NCBI GenBank assembly: GCA_013239625.1
Contig: MU054400.1
Coordinates: 851,146-915,145 of the forward strand
DNA: 64,000 nt
Direction: 5' to 3'
Origin: Lama guanicoe
Lineage: Eukaryota
The translations under genes and the position numbers were made by a program. The notes below the pieces were generated by a model, which was not told the DNA's origin, made no database searches, and worked only from the letters and a program-made list of their open reading frames with translations. Below are positions 28,140 through 42,000 of the stretch, piece by piece; the stretch's first letter is position 1; every line of letters begins with the position of its first letter.

Positions 28140-29071
28140 GATACCTCTCTTTTTCCTACCATTCCTCCCTTGGCGTCCGCATCAGGGTTCTTCTATCCTC
28201 CATGTACATCGTTATGTCCTCAGCGGGTGTAATTTGACTGGAACTACATATGAATCCTTGAAATGGCAAGGTGTTTATAATAAGGGTTTATTCCCTTCTT
28301 AATTGATAACAGTAAAATTATATTTAGAGAGAAAAACAGTGATAATCTTAGCTGGTTCTGCTCCACCTCCTTTGATCATTTAACACACTTTTTTCTCTTT
28401 AATTGTTGTTCTTATCTCTGTTTAGTGGGATTATCTCATAGAGTTTCTGTGGTATTTCTGTAATTTCTCTGAGAATTTATTTTAATGGTTATTCCACCCA
28501 GGAATCAAATAATGAAGCCAAAGAAATACATTAGAATTGATTACAAAGTTGTGATATTACATTCTCTGATGATCTTTCAAGACTAGGACAGACTGCTTAA
28601 TTTTAAGTTCATTATTCTTAAACTCATTTCATATAAATTTTAAATGTGAAGTTTTTAAATTCTAAAAAACTTAGAATGGATTTTATTAAAATGCCTTGAT
28701 TTCAATATCTATGTTATAAATATACTAAAAATATTAAGTTGAAACCTATTTATTTTTAAAATTATTTTGCAATAATTTTGAACTTGAGTTTCAAAGCTAG
28801 TACAGAAAATTCTCATACACCTTTTATTTATGTTCCTCTAACACTAATATCTTACACAACCATGGTATCTTCATCAAAACTAAGAAATTAACTTTGGTAC
28901 AGTACTGTTAAGTAAACTACAGACTTTATTTGGAATAAAATGTGGCATGGGGAACTTAAAACATGTAGTACTTGTCCTTAGCTGCTGTGTATTCCTCTAG
29001 GTGAAACAAACTCTATTTCTGTATTGTGTTATTAAATCACTGAAAACAACATGCTTGTACTGTATGATCTT

Positions 29072-29077
29072 TTTGTG

Positions 29078-29114
<37 letters not shown>

Positions 29115-29160
29115 ATAAAACATTTTTTATTGAGTTATAGTCATTTTACAATGTATCAAC
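29072..29160 (-). mobile_element. Extremely truncated L1 3' tip (~45 nt) plus a (TA)n(TG)n microsatellite
   Basis: 'aacattttttattgagttatagtcattttacaatg' matches the young L1 terminus; 16-bp TSD with one mismatch. Confidence 0.7.
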
Positions 29161-30059
29161 TGTACTTTATGATCTTAATTCACATAAAGGTACTGAGTGC
29201 TCTGTTAAGATTTTGTTATATTATCAACATTTATTGTGTTTATTTTTTTAAATGTGCATTTGATGAACATTTAAGATGTACATAATTTTACTCAGTGGTC
29301 TTTAAGTAGGGAACTGAATAAAACATTTCTCTTTAGTTTATTTAGAGTCTTCAAATGAATGAATGCTTTCTTATCAGCTAATCAGAAATGTGTTAACCTA
29401 ATATATTTTATTTTCTTTAGCTACTGGAATAAATTGTCAAGTAACTTCTCATTGGTACCTGGTAAAATATGTTTTCTTTTAATTGTCTTTATCATTAAAA
29501 CAGATCACTATTAATTGACTTATATTCTTTATTTCTAAAATATTAGAGAAAAGATTTGTGGCAGAATTTTCCTGTAGAAATTCTAAAGTCTGTACATGAG
29601 TTTCATCTTAGTTTATATGAAGTAAACGAATAAGATACAAAGTCAACAGAAACCAGACTTTGGCTCTGATTTGGTGTTGAAAGTTTTCTAGCAAATGTAA
29701 TTTAGTATTACACATTATTAACGGTTTGAACCCTATCTTGTGTTTGTTTAGATTTAGATTTTGCTTTTTTCTTTATTTTTTTCTTTTAAAAAATTGAAAT
29801 TAGGATATCAGTTTGCTCTGTGAGGATATATACACCTTAAGAATTTAACTACAGGTATGTTAGCCATCATTTAGAACATGCTAAGCTGTGGTTTAGAAAT
29901 AATTTGTGACAGGATTCTGTGTATATTTATGTAATTATATTTGTGGATTTGCAGATATTATGCATTGTCTCTAATTTTAAGGCATAAGAAAGAGGCTTCT
30001 CTAGCCAGTGATATTCCCAGAATTGGCAGCTTATCAGAATCATGTACAGCAGTTAGAGG

Positions 30060-32215
30060 TGAAATTCACAAACATAAAACTAACCATTAAAGTGAAAACA
30101 ATTCAGGACATTTGATTCACAGTGTTGTGCATCTAACACCTCTATTTTTAAGGCATTTCTTCCATCACTCCAGTGTAAAACTCCTTACCAATTAAGCAGT
30201 TTCTCCATTCCCAGTTCCCCCATGTCTCTGACAGCCATCAATCAGCTTTCTGTCTTTATGTACTTATCTCTCCTGGATATTTCATATCAATGGAATCATA
30301 CAATATGTGACCTTTTCTGTCTGGATTTCACTTAGCAATAATGTTTTGGAGGTTCATCCATGTTGTAGCATGTATCAATACTTCATTCCTCTTTGTGGCT
30401 GAATAGTATTCCATCATATGGATATATCACAGTTTATCCATTTATGAGCATTTGGTCTGTATCCACCTTTTGAATATGTGAATAGTGCTGCTGTAACCAT
30501 GTATATACAAGTATTTGCTGAAGTACTTTTTTCACTTCTTTTGGTTGTATACCTAGGAGTGGAATTGCAAGAGTCAAATTGTAATTCTGTTTAACTTTTT
30601 GAGGAACTGCCTGTTTTGCAGCAGCAATATATGAGGGTTCCATTTTCACCAACAGTTATTTTCCATTTTTGTTTTAATTGTAGCTATCCTAAGGGGATAG
30701 GAAGTGATAACTTACTGTCATTTTGATTTGCATTTACCTAATAACTAATGATGTTGAGCATCCTTTCATGTGCTTACTGGCCATTTATAAATTTTCTTTG
30801 AAGTAATGTCTGTTCAAGTCCTTTGGCCATTTTTTAACTGATAGCTTTGCCTTTGAGTCATAGAAGTTCCTTTTATATTATAGACATTAAATTCTTAGCA
30901 GATATGATTTGCAGATATTTTATTCCATATTTATAGATTATTTTTTCACTTTCTTGATACTTTCCTTTGCACAAAAGTTTTTCATTTTGATGAAGTCTAA
31001 TTTATTCTGGTTTTTTTTGTTTGTTGCTCATGCTTTTGGTGTCATACCTGAAAATCCATCGCCAAATCCAAGGTCGTGAAGATTTACCCCATTTTGTGCG
31101 GGGTTTGTTTTTTTTTTAAGAGTTCATGATTTTAGCTCTTAGATTCTTTTTCATTTTGAGTTAATTTTATGTATGGTATGAGAGCAGAGTTCAATTTTGT
31201 CCTTTTGTTTTTGGAAATCCAGTTGTCCCAACATCATTTGCTAAAGAGACTGTTCTTTCCCCCATTGAATGGACTATGGTAAGTCCATCTTGTCAAAAAT
31301 CAATGGGCTGTGGATGTATGAGTCTGTTCATGGACTCTCATTTCTATTTCCTTGGTCCATGTGTCTGTCATTATACCAATTCTAAACTGTCCTGTTGACT
31401 AGCTTTATATAAAGTTTTGAAATCAGGAAGTAGAAATCCTTCGGCTTTATTATTCTTTTCCAAGATTGCTTTGGCTATTGTGGGTCCCTTAAGTTTCCAT
31501 ATAAATTTTAGGAACAATTTGTCAGTTTCTGAAAAAAGGAAAGCTAGGATTTTGATTGGGATTGCACTTAATCTATAGATCAAATTGGGAAATTTGCCAG
31601 TGTTAAATCTTCCTACCCATGAACACAGGCTGTTTTTCTATTTATTTAGGTCTTTAATTTCTTTGAGCAATGTTGTAGTTTTCTGTGTACAGGACTTTCA
31701 TCTCCTTGGGTAGATTTACTCCTAGGTATTTTATTCTTTAGAGAGCATTGTTAAGTAGAATTGTTTAGTATGTTTTTTAGGTTATTCATTGCTAGTGAAT
31801 CAAAAACTAATTTTGGAATATTTGTCTTGTATCATGCAACTTTGCTGAATTTGTTAGCTCTAGTAGTGTTCTTGTGAATTCTTTGGAATTTTCCTTGACA
31901 GTTGCAAATGGAAATACATTTACTTCTTCCTTTTCAATTTGTACGCCTTTTTGTATTTCTTTTTTTTCTCTAAGTGCTCCGTCTAGAACTTCCAGGACAA
32001 TGGTAAATAGCAGTGGTGAAAATGGGTACCATAGTCTTGATCCTGATCTTAGGAGGAAAGCTTTCACCATTGAGTATTATGTTAGCTGTGTTTTGTTTTG
32101 TTTTTAATAAATGCCCTTTGCAATTTTAAGATAGTTACCTTCTATTTGTAGTTTTCTGAGTGTTTCTACTATGAAAAATACTGAATCTTGTCAAATGCTT
32201 TGTATCAGTTGAGAT
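30060..32215 (-). mobile_element. L1M element remnant (3' UTR plus the 3' part of ORF2)
   Basis: Peptides 31371-31583 (IYRLSAIPIKI..DKLFLKFIWK..IAKAILEK) and 31807-32070 (AFLLRSG..SPLLFTIVLEVL). Confidence 0.9.
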
Positions 32216-32352
32216 GCCCATCGTTTAATGTCATTTCTAAGTACAAATCTGTCATTTCACAATACAATTTTACTTATATTAAACTCTGAACAAAGTATCA
32301 TGCTCCTCTGGCCTCGGGCTGTATTTTTCATTCAAACTGGGCTCTTGACTGC

Positions 32353-32850
32353 TGTGGTAAGTAGGTAGTTATGCTGGGTCCCTCAGAGATGTCGACGTCC
32401 TAGTCCCTGGAACCTGTGATATGTTAGGTTACATGTTAAAGAGGAATTAAAGAGGAATTTAAGTTGCTTATGAGATGACCTTAAACTAGGATTCTTCTGG
32501 ATTACCCAGGTAGGCCCAGTGTAACTACAAGGGTCCTTTAAAGTAGAAGAGGATAGGCGGAAAATGAGAGTGAGAAAGAGATGTGCCTTTGGAAGAAAAG
32601 CTCAGAGAAATCCAACATTGCTTGCTTTGAGGATTAGAGGAAGGGGGCCAAGAAAAAGGAATGCGGGTGGCCTTTAGAAGCCAGAAAGGGCGAGAAAAGG
32701 GATTCTTAGAGTCTTCAGGAAGGAATGCGTTGCTTCCCACACAATGACTTTAGCTCTGTGGAGAGCAATGTCAGACTTAGACCTGCAAAACTGTGAAATA
32801 ATAAATTTGTGTTTTTTTAAGCCAAGTTTGTAGTAATTTGTAATAACACA
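32353..32850 (+). mobile_element. MaLR solo LTR (MLT1C/D-type)
   Basis: 'agatgtc.acgtcctagtccctggaacctgtga', 'ggattacccaggtaggcccagtgtaac.acaagggtcctt' and 'aataaatttgtgtt..taagcc'. Confidence 0.8.
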
Positions 32851-33994
32851 AAATAAATGTAACTACCTAAACATGTTTTATCTACTATTTATGATGTTGA
32901 TTTATTCCTTCAGGCAAACTCTTGTCTAAATTTCCCTTACGTTATTAAAATTGTACGTATTATTGAAAGCCCATCTCAGAGCTTCCTCAGTCATTAAGCC
33001 TTGTTTTTGTTTTTGTTTTTGTTTTCCCCTACATCAGTCACCTCCCAGGTGTCTTCTCTAAATATACATAGCTTCTCTCCTTGTTTCTGTCGTGCTTTTT
33101 TTAACTTCTTCGTGGCATTTAACAATGATACAGTTTTAGAATATAGTATTTGGTATTGATTTTATTAAAAATTTTATTCTCCTTTTAAAAATGTTCTGTT
33201 ATCTTGAGTGTGTGTGTGGATATATCTGAATTTGTATTTATATGTAAATTTTTATGCTTTATATAGTTCTAAGTTTTAAAGAATTTGAATCTTTTATTTC
33301 CTTTTAGACCAAAAGATAGGTGACTATATCTTAATTAATGTTGTTTATTCTGTTAACAGTCTGTATTGCATATGGTAGATGATCCTTATGTGTTTGACTT
33401 AAAACTTAATGTACTTGTGGATTAAGTCCTATAATTTAAATTTATGAACCAAAATATTTTAATTTTAGTGGTAAATTGTTCTGTCTGAGGAAGTTCTCAT
33501 TAAGTTGTTTATGTGTTTTAGTTTATATAAACTAGTTATTGAAACCAGTGATTGATTTTAAAGGTGATTATAGCATCTCTCTAGACAGATTTTAAACAAG
33601 GTCAGATTTTTTTTGTTTCTCTTAATGTACCTTAGGTACAGATGTGTGAAAATAAAGAGAAATATTTAGTTGCTTCTTGGGACTGTTAAAACATTATTTA
33701 TCAAATTTGTCTTTTTTCAATTTTTAAATGACTTTTTTTTAAGGTGGTACTACACAGTGGTTTTTTAAACTAAGAATTGTGTCTTGGAGATTGGTCAGAA
33801 TGAGTATTTGTAATGTTAAAAATGTCTTAATTCTTCATTATTATTGATTCCAAACATGAAGAAAAAGCAGAATTCTTTACTCCCCTAATGATAAGAAAAT
33901 AAGTTTTCTAAAAATAAAAAAAAAACTTCACAACTGACATTTTTTAATATTACATTTTTGAGTGTTTACTGAATGTGATATTTGTGTCTTGTAG

Positions 33995-34092
33995 AATGGA
34001 GATGTATGCATATCAATTCTTCATCCGCCTGTAGATGACCCACAGAGTGGAGAGTTACCCTCTGAAAGGTGGAATCCTACTCAAAATGTCAG
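33995..34092 (+). CDS. UBE2R2: UBE2R2 coding exon 3 (98 nt): [32 protein letters not shown](R), with the catalytic Cys and the CDC34-type acidic loop
   Basis: tag acceptor and AG|gtaagg donor. Catalytic Cys codon TGC at 34007-34009. In frame with exons 2 and 4. Confidence 0.98.
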
Positions 34093-35059
34093 GTAAGGAA
34101 TTAATTACATAAGGAATAATCTGGTTTTTAGGTGGCTCTTAAGATTGGATATTAGATATTGTCTTTTGACAAGTATAGAAGAATCCTTTCTATAGTTGGT
34201 TGTTTTGTCCTCTTCTAGATCTTTAAGTAGCATGTGTGCATCATTTTGAAGAGCTGTGTTTACGGGTAATGATGCATATTGTTAATCATTTCTCTGTGTT
34301 CACCTTGGAAGGACTTTTCTAGGCTGAATTCTTCCTCTTATGTTTTACGTAAGTTCCACCCTGCTGCTTTGGATTTCATGACTTCCATGTTAGGATTGGT
34401 TGCCTCCTTATGCTAGGATTCTTAAGTCTTCATCTTTAAAAACTAAAATTTGACCTTAAGTAATACTTTTAAAAGAACTTTTATTATCTGATTTTTTTCT
34501 TATGATTTGGAAGACATATATTTCTTGTAATTTCCTTTGATTATCCAACTAGATTGATCTGTTGAACTCTCTGCCTAGATGGATGGATATTTAATCATTT
34601 TCTTTAGTAATGTTCTATATGTGTGGGAGTTGGTCACATAACCTTTACAAGAATTTTTAAAACTATGTAGACTGTTGCATGTTTTTAAGTGCAGTTTTTT
34701 ACATCACAAAATTAAATAAAGAATACATTTTTTTCTCCTTGCATTCACATTTCCATTGTGCTCTCCCTACTGAGTTTTATTCTAATACTTGAAATGTTTG
34801 TTTGATAGCCTTATTTATATTTTTATGCAACAAAAATCTGTATTGACAATAAGGCTCTAGTTGAACTTACTTCTATATTCAATTATTTTATTAATGTATT
34901 GTTGATTAAAAACAAGTATATTACACTTTGGATATGCTTTTATTTTTTACAGTTAATAATTATTTGAAATGCATTTTTAGTCTGATAATTTGTTTTCAGT
35001 TAATTTCTGTATCCATGAATAATTATATTGCTAGAATGAGGCAGAATACAGCTTTACTT

Positions 35060-35180
35060 TTATATACATACATATATGTATGAATAATATACATTATATA
35101 TACTTTGTATATATCTATATACATGTGCATGTGTATGTGTGTGTGTGTGTGTGTATAGACCCATAAGGATAGATAGATAG
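35060..35180. repeat. Compound (TA)/(TG)n/(GATA)n simple repeat
   Basis: Directly visible in the sequence. Confidence 0.8.
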
Positions 35181-35298
35181 TAGGTGCAGTGATTAAGAAA
35201 CCTTATTTACATGTGATGATAGTGGAATAAAAATTTTAGGGCAGTGGAACTAAAACCTTTTAATTCCTTTGGAATTATTTGGCAAAAATCATGTAGTA

Positions 35299-35423
35299 GT
35301 GAGGAGGGTATAGCTCAGTAGCTCAGTGGTAGAGTGCGTGCTTAGCGTGCATGAAGTCCTGGGTTCAGTCCCCAGTGCCTCCCATTAAAATAAATCAATC
35401 GATCTACCATCCTAGCCCCCTCC
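35299..35423 (+). mobile_element. tRNA-derived SINE (vic-1-like) with an internal tagctcag duplication
   Basis: A and B boxes present; perfect 13-bp TSD aaatcatgtagta at 35286-35298 and 35424-35436. Confidence 0.85.
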
Positions 35424-35469
35424 AAATCATGTAGTAATCTGTTGTGAGTCGGTTTTTTTTTTTTTATGT

Positions 35470-36950
35470 TTTATGGAGATACACAATTCTCCCATTTCAA
35501 ATATATGGTTCACTTTTTAAAAAAATATTTTTAATATTTTATTTTTTTAATATTCTTGGAGTTGTACAACCATCACCACAATCAATTTGAGAAGATTTTG
35601 ATCACCCCTAAAGAAACTCATACCTATAAGCATTTGTACTCCATTACCCCTCAACTCTATACCCACCCCTCCACCCATATCCCTAAGAAACCCAGTTTAC
35701 TTTCTGTCTATTTGGATTTACCTCTTCTGAACATTTCATATGAATGGTATCATAACCATATGTTACTGTTTTGTGACTGGCTTCTTTAATTTTGCAAGTT
35801 TTCAAGGTTTATCCTTGTAGCATGTATGAGTACTTCATTCCTTTTTATGGCTGAATAATATTTGAATGCTTATACTACACCTTGTTCATCTGTTGATGGA
35901 ATTTGGGTTGTTTCTACTTTTTGCTATTATCAACAATGCTAAACATTGTGTACAAGTTTTTTTATGTACATATTTTTTCATTTTCTTGGATATATACCTG
36001 GGAGTGGAGTTGAATGGTTCATATGGTAACTCAGTGTTTACCTTTTTGAGGACCTGCCAGACTGTTTTCCAATTTAGTGGCTGCACTAAATAGTACATTT
36101 CCACCAGCAGCATGTGAGAATTCAGTTTCTCTACACCTTTGTTATTGTCCTTTTATTATAGCCATCCCATTGGGTGGACATGGTTATCTCATTGTAATTT
36201 GTCCTCATTGTGTTTTTTTAAAAAATAACTTAAAAAATTTTAGAACAGTTTGAGTTTCAGAAAAATTGTGAAGGTACAGATAGTTCCCAAAGACCCAACA
36301 TTTGCCAGTTTTCTTTATTACTAACATCTAACGTTAGTATGGTTCACTTATTACAATTAGTAAGCCAGTACTAATACATTATTATTAACTAAAGTCCATA
36401 CTCTTTCATATTTCCTTAGTTTTTACCTAATGTTATTTTTCTGCTCCACCCAGGATCCCCATGCATGGTAGGTTCACATTATGTTTAATAGACATTTCGT
36501 CTTAGGCAACTGTTAGTTTCTTGGACTTTCCATATTTTTTGATGATGTTGATCCAGTATTTGTAGAATGTCTCCCAAGTGGGATTTAAAAAAATTTTGAT
36601 TCTGATTATACACTGGGATATTGAGTATTGGTGAGGAAGACTATGGAGAAGGTTAAGTATGTTTTTATCATGTTTATATCCAAGGACATACTGTCAACAC
36701 AACTTACCACTCTTGATGTTAACATTCATCAGTGGGCTGTGAAACTCTTGTTTTTAGGGTTTCTCCACTGGAAAGTTCCTCTTTGCCCCCTTTCCATTCT
36801 GTATTCTTTAGAAGGAAGGAAGTCGTATGTGTAGCCCACACTAAGGAGTGGGGAATTATACCTCCTTGAGGCTGAGGAGACTGTATAAATTATTTCAAAT
36901 TCTTCTGCACAGGAGATTAATCTGTTCTCCCCCATTTATTAATTCAGTCA
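35470..36950 (-). mobile_element. Two adjacent old L1M 3'-end fragments
   Basis: Peptide 35886-36113 (VQPLNWKTVWQVLKKVNTELPY) and an L1MC-like 3' UTR from ~36230. Confidence 0.8.
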
Positions 36951-38976
36951 TTGTTGTTAATCATTTTTAATGATCTGGAAGCTAGTAACTATTAGAGTCT
37001 CCACTTTTGTCAAAAGCAAATAATTGGAAGCTTCCTGATATGCACAAGGATTTCTTACCCATTTCTTACCAAGTTATGTATTTGCTTCTGACTTTCTTAG
37101 AAGTGTATACCAAAAAGTCCACTCAAGACATATTAAATGACTGTGGTTATGCTGGTTACTTACTCCTTTAGGTACTTTGTTCAATCTAGTATACTTAGAA
37201 AGGGTTGAGACAATAGATATATTTTGGATTTCAGTACATCTTGTCAGTATATATTTTTTATCAGAAGAAAATGACTCCCCTTTTTAATTCAAATAAATGT
37301 GTTAATACACATTACCTTGGCAAACATCATGCCTCTGAATTCTAATTCTCAGATAAATCAGGCATACACAGAGACTTGCCATTAATTTATTATGTCTCTG
37401 AAGTAAGGAATCACCACATAGTCACTATGCTTTCTGCTTTACTTTAATGAGACTCTTCCCTCAAGGATAATACATTTCTTAATAGTCAGAAATAGAATTA
37501 GTTCATTTTCATGAAAATATAATTCCAGCAGTTCCAATCTATACATATCTGAATTTATTATACTCTACCATATAGCAAAACACTCCTTTTTAAAATGTCA
37601 CTTTATGCTTTTAACAAAACTATTTATGAGAAAGGAAAATGGTCAACTCTTTGTAAATTTCTCTTTGTTTTGTAGTTGTGATGTTTCATCATCACTGGGC
37701 AGTGCACCATAGGAATATCTGGAATGTGTAGGAGGTATGCATTTCTTGTAAAGGGCAATTGTAAAAAGGGAAGCTGGAAGGGAGAACTGATATGATACTT
37801 CGTATACCTCCAGGGGCATGAATATATTAGTTTTAAGACCATTGCTTTACACAGAATCTTTTATGATCATTAGCAAAATTAGACTACTTCTTCAACCCCT
37901 CATATCCCTACATCACACAATAGTAGCTGATTATTTGTACCTTTAACTTTACTTATACATACCTATTAACTTGATTTTTCAGAATCAAATAATATACTAT
38001 CACTTGGATATAAAAGAAGGGAAAATCGATATACTTATTCTACGTCGCATCTTCTCTCTCCCCCTTTTCCTTCTGACTTCTAACATTATTTCTTTATTGT
38101 TAGGGCTATGAAAACTTCTAATCTACACCATTTTGTAACATAATCCCAATTTTAAAAATGCTTAAGTTATTAAATGAATTCAGTTTGCTGCCCAGTGTCT
38201 TACTTTGTTTGATCCATTAATTGACTGAAATTTGTCCATTAGTAATTTCTCGAGGAATTGCTCCTAGGAGCCATATAATGTTCCCTGAATTTTTACATGT
38301 TCAAAATGTGTGCTTGGTGTATGAAAATGTGTATGCCATTAGACTTCAGATGACAGTTTTAACTAGGCATAAGATTTCAGGATCATGCTTTCTTTCCTTG
38401 AGGAATTTGTGGGCACTACTCTGCTATTTATTGTTGCTATAGAAAAGCTTGGCTATCCTTTTTCTCATCTCTTCCACCCTATACAATTGTTTAAGAGGCT
38501 GGCATGCTTTCAGACGACACACATTATTTTATCAGTGTAGTCAAAGTGACAGTGTATAGAAAAGGTTTTAAATACTTCAGAAGATTTGTTGAAAAATTGA
38601 CTAAAAATGCGGAGTTGTTCTTTAAGTATGACTTTGGTACTTGTTTTTCAGGGCTAGTAATAACCCTAGACTAGAAGTAGTAGCTCTAAGGTGTTAAGTG
38701 ATTCCTGGTTTTGGAGGTTGAGTGTTGAGTCATTCACTTCCCACCCCACCACCCCACCTACCCTTTGAGAAAACAAGCCTCTCCTTTCTTCAGAAACAGA
38801 GCCCCAAATAAGATTTTTCTCGTTGCATTCTTTTGCTGCCTAGATGGATAATCTATTGTCATTACCCATGGAAATTCAGATTTTTGCCTTTACTCCTGTG
38901 TACACACTACACACAGGCTGTATTTTCCTTGTCTCGGTCTAAAATATTAAGAACATTTTTTCTTTTAAGAAAGGCC

Positions 38977-39042
38977 TTGGGGATGGGTATAGCTTGGTGG
39001 CAGAGTGCATGCTCGTGTTCACAAGGTTCTGGGTTCAATCCG
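38977..39042 (+). mobile_element. Truncated, diverged tRNA-derived SINE head
   Basis: ggggatgggtatagcttggtggcagagtgcatgc...ctgggttcaatcc. Confidence 0.65.
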
Positions 39043-42000
39043 CAGTGGCTTGTTACCCAGAGGGTAGGGGTTGCAGGGGAGAGAAAGGCCTGTTTCTCAT
39101 TTAATCCAGTCCATTGAGGGCAGGGAACTGCTTTCATACTAATCTGCCCTCTAAAACTACCTTTGCCACTTTGGGTGCCAACATTATTTTTTTTTCTCTC
39201 TGGGGCTTCAGGTCACTTGAGCCCCAATTTAGAAGCATTCCCTGGACTTCACTTCAGGAATTGCCTTCCTTGCTTTTATGCTTTTTTGGTTAGAGGCGTC
39301 ACATTGTTTTCAGATTGCCCCTTTGATCTTCATCCATGGCACTAAAGGTATTTGCATTGGAAATCATTAGTTACCTTCTCAGACCCTTTTTCTCTTTTCT
39401 TCTTTTTTTTTCTTATTAAAGACAGATACATACTACATAGAATGTAGGCTGTTTTAAAAGGCGAGAGAAAGGCCACAAGGAATGGGGATTGGTTTAAGTA
39501 GAAGTAGATACACATTCCATAGACAGAGTGCGGTCTGTCTCTGAAGACCTTTTTGTTTCTTAGTTCCATGTAATCATTACATGGTCCTTCAATGTGTTAA
39601 TCTTGGAGTAGGAGAGTAAATGGAGAGTTTTGGTGTTTGTGAATATCTAAGGGACATAGAGTGTTTTGTACGCTTTGTGGAACCTCATCTGCCTTGGATA
39701 CCTGGTGGTGCCCAGAACTCTGAAAAGTCAGGAGAGCACAACCTGATGTGAAATACTTTACCCTTTCCCATTTGTTTCTGTTATTCTTAAGGTGGTAAAT
39801 TGTACATACTTCACACAGGTCATTTATGGCACTGAAATATCAAGAGGCAAGATATGAAGTCCCTTTGCTGCTAAGTTGTCCAGAGTCAGCAAAGTTCTAC
39901 ACTCCATCCATATCCAGTCTATGGCTGTAGCAAGACAGCAGTGGAGATGCTAGAAGGTTCAGTTTGGCCTGTTGTAGAGTCTTGACTGCTGCATGGCATT
40001 GTTATCTGAAAGTGGTTCCATATTCACATGTGTTTGGACTTCTCCATGTCCACCTTCACTGGTCTTTTCCATTTAGCACCCCAGTGAACATGTTCAGAAA
40101 ATAAAGTTGTACATAGAAGGCTTTTGTAACCTGAAGAAGAGTAAGGCATCTCACTTACCTTTGAAAGCCTATGTCAATTTATATAACAAGACCCAGTGAG
40201 TAGTGAGAGCTGGCCAAATGGGAAGGCAAGAAAAACATGCTATGCTAAAATTGTAGGGATCCCAGAGCATCAGCCAACTAGTGTCCACTGAAAGTGCAGT
40301 ATTTCTCTTCCTCTTAGAGGAAGCCAGCAAAGTTTCTGGAAGAAGAGATCCACAGTCCTATCCTCAGATGTCCAAGATTAATTTAGGGGATGAGAGTTCC
40401 TTATGGAATTAGAAGGTTTTAAGGAGTAGGCATTAATCAGCAAAGAATGAAGTTGGGAGGGTAGGGGGTAGGGACCCCTGATGCTGCCGTATGTATGTGA
40501 TTAGGAGCACCACACCATGGCTCCTCTTCATGGTTGGAAGAAGCAAAATGTGCTTTGTCCAGAACCAAGTGGGAAGCTTTGGGGGGATCTCTCAGACCCT
40601 GCAGTAGAATTCACAAGTGTTTTTCCTGAGGCACCACCCCAAAACTGCCTACCATACCTCCTGCAGGCCCTTTGATACGAAAGTGGTCTTTGGCAGATTT
40701 GTTTTCCTGTGAAGGAAAGATAATAGTATTTTCCTTGGCACTGTGAAGATATACAGCATGGGACCAGATTTATGGACCCACTCTCTAGAGGCCCCTGCTT
40801 CGTGTGAAAGGGTCCCAAGAGTAGGGTAGGAAGTTCTTCTGTCTGGTCTTCTCTACAACCCACTGAAAGGGCAGGGAGCTAGGGACTGCACTGTTGGGTG
40901 GCAAAGTAGGCAAAGTCAAAGGAGAACGGCTATTAGCTGTACTGTTCCTAGGGTGCCTGTAAACCCCATTCTGGGCCAGGACAGTTTTATTTGCTCCCTT
41001 GATGTTTGCAAATTGGGTTCCATTGCATTCAAATTGCCAGTTTCATTCCATGCAAATGATACATATTTTGTGTATTTTTTAAATTTCCATTTTAAACTAA
41101 AATGTTCTGATTTTGTGTATTTTCATCTGGGACCCTCATTCCTACTATGTGTTTCGGGGACTGCACAGCAGAACTATTGTATTTGTTGGTTTTTTAACAG
41201 GATAAAGAAAAACTATAATATGTGACCCATTAAGCTATGACATTTTATTTTTCCAGTCATAACAGACTTCCTTGCCATGATATCCTTTTTAAATTCCTCT
41301 CCCATGTTGAAGCATAATGAGGACTGAATTTTAACTGGGTCATCTTCTGGTGTTACTGGTCCATCTTTTGAAATAGTGTAAATAAGATTAAAAGAACCCT
41401 TCTAGGTCAGGCACTAAGCTTTGCTTCGCCATACGTCAACTTTTATCAAACGTGTAAAACCTAAAAATCTCAGTCAAACTGTTTCTTTCTGTATCTCTTG
41501 TGTATGTGTATATGTTCTAAGAGTCAAGTTGAGGTTTTTATGAACCCTTTCCACCTCACATGCTGCCTGGATGGTGTATTTATACACTGGTGGAAAATGC
41601 CAAGTCTTTAATCCTGCAAAATTCCAAACTTTACCATGGAGACCTGTAAACCATCTTCTTTGCTGAGTTAAGGCTTATTTCTGCCCTCCCTGCTAAAGTT
41701 GTACTTGTGGTGAGATAGTAGCTAACAGAGAAAGGGCAGCCCCATCTCCTTGACTATTGCCTGTAAAAAAGGGGACAAATACAGTATTACCCATTGGGTC
41801 TTAAATGTCTGATTATGATTTCCTGTCTCTTAAAATACTTTAGTTTTGTTTTTAAACATGTCTGAGCTCTGTAGAACTTTACAACTTGATAGCTTGCTAG
41901 TGTGTGTGACTGTGTATGTGTGTGTGTGTCTGTGACAGAGTGGTTAGTTTTCTATTTTCTTCTGGTGTTTTTATTGCTTACAAATGTACTGTTTATTCAA

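Noticed and set aside
39415..39550. Two imperfect ~45-nt direct repeats (agatacatactacatag / agatacacattccatag)
   Set aside because: Probably a fragment of an ERV LTR, too short and diverged to call.
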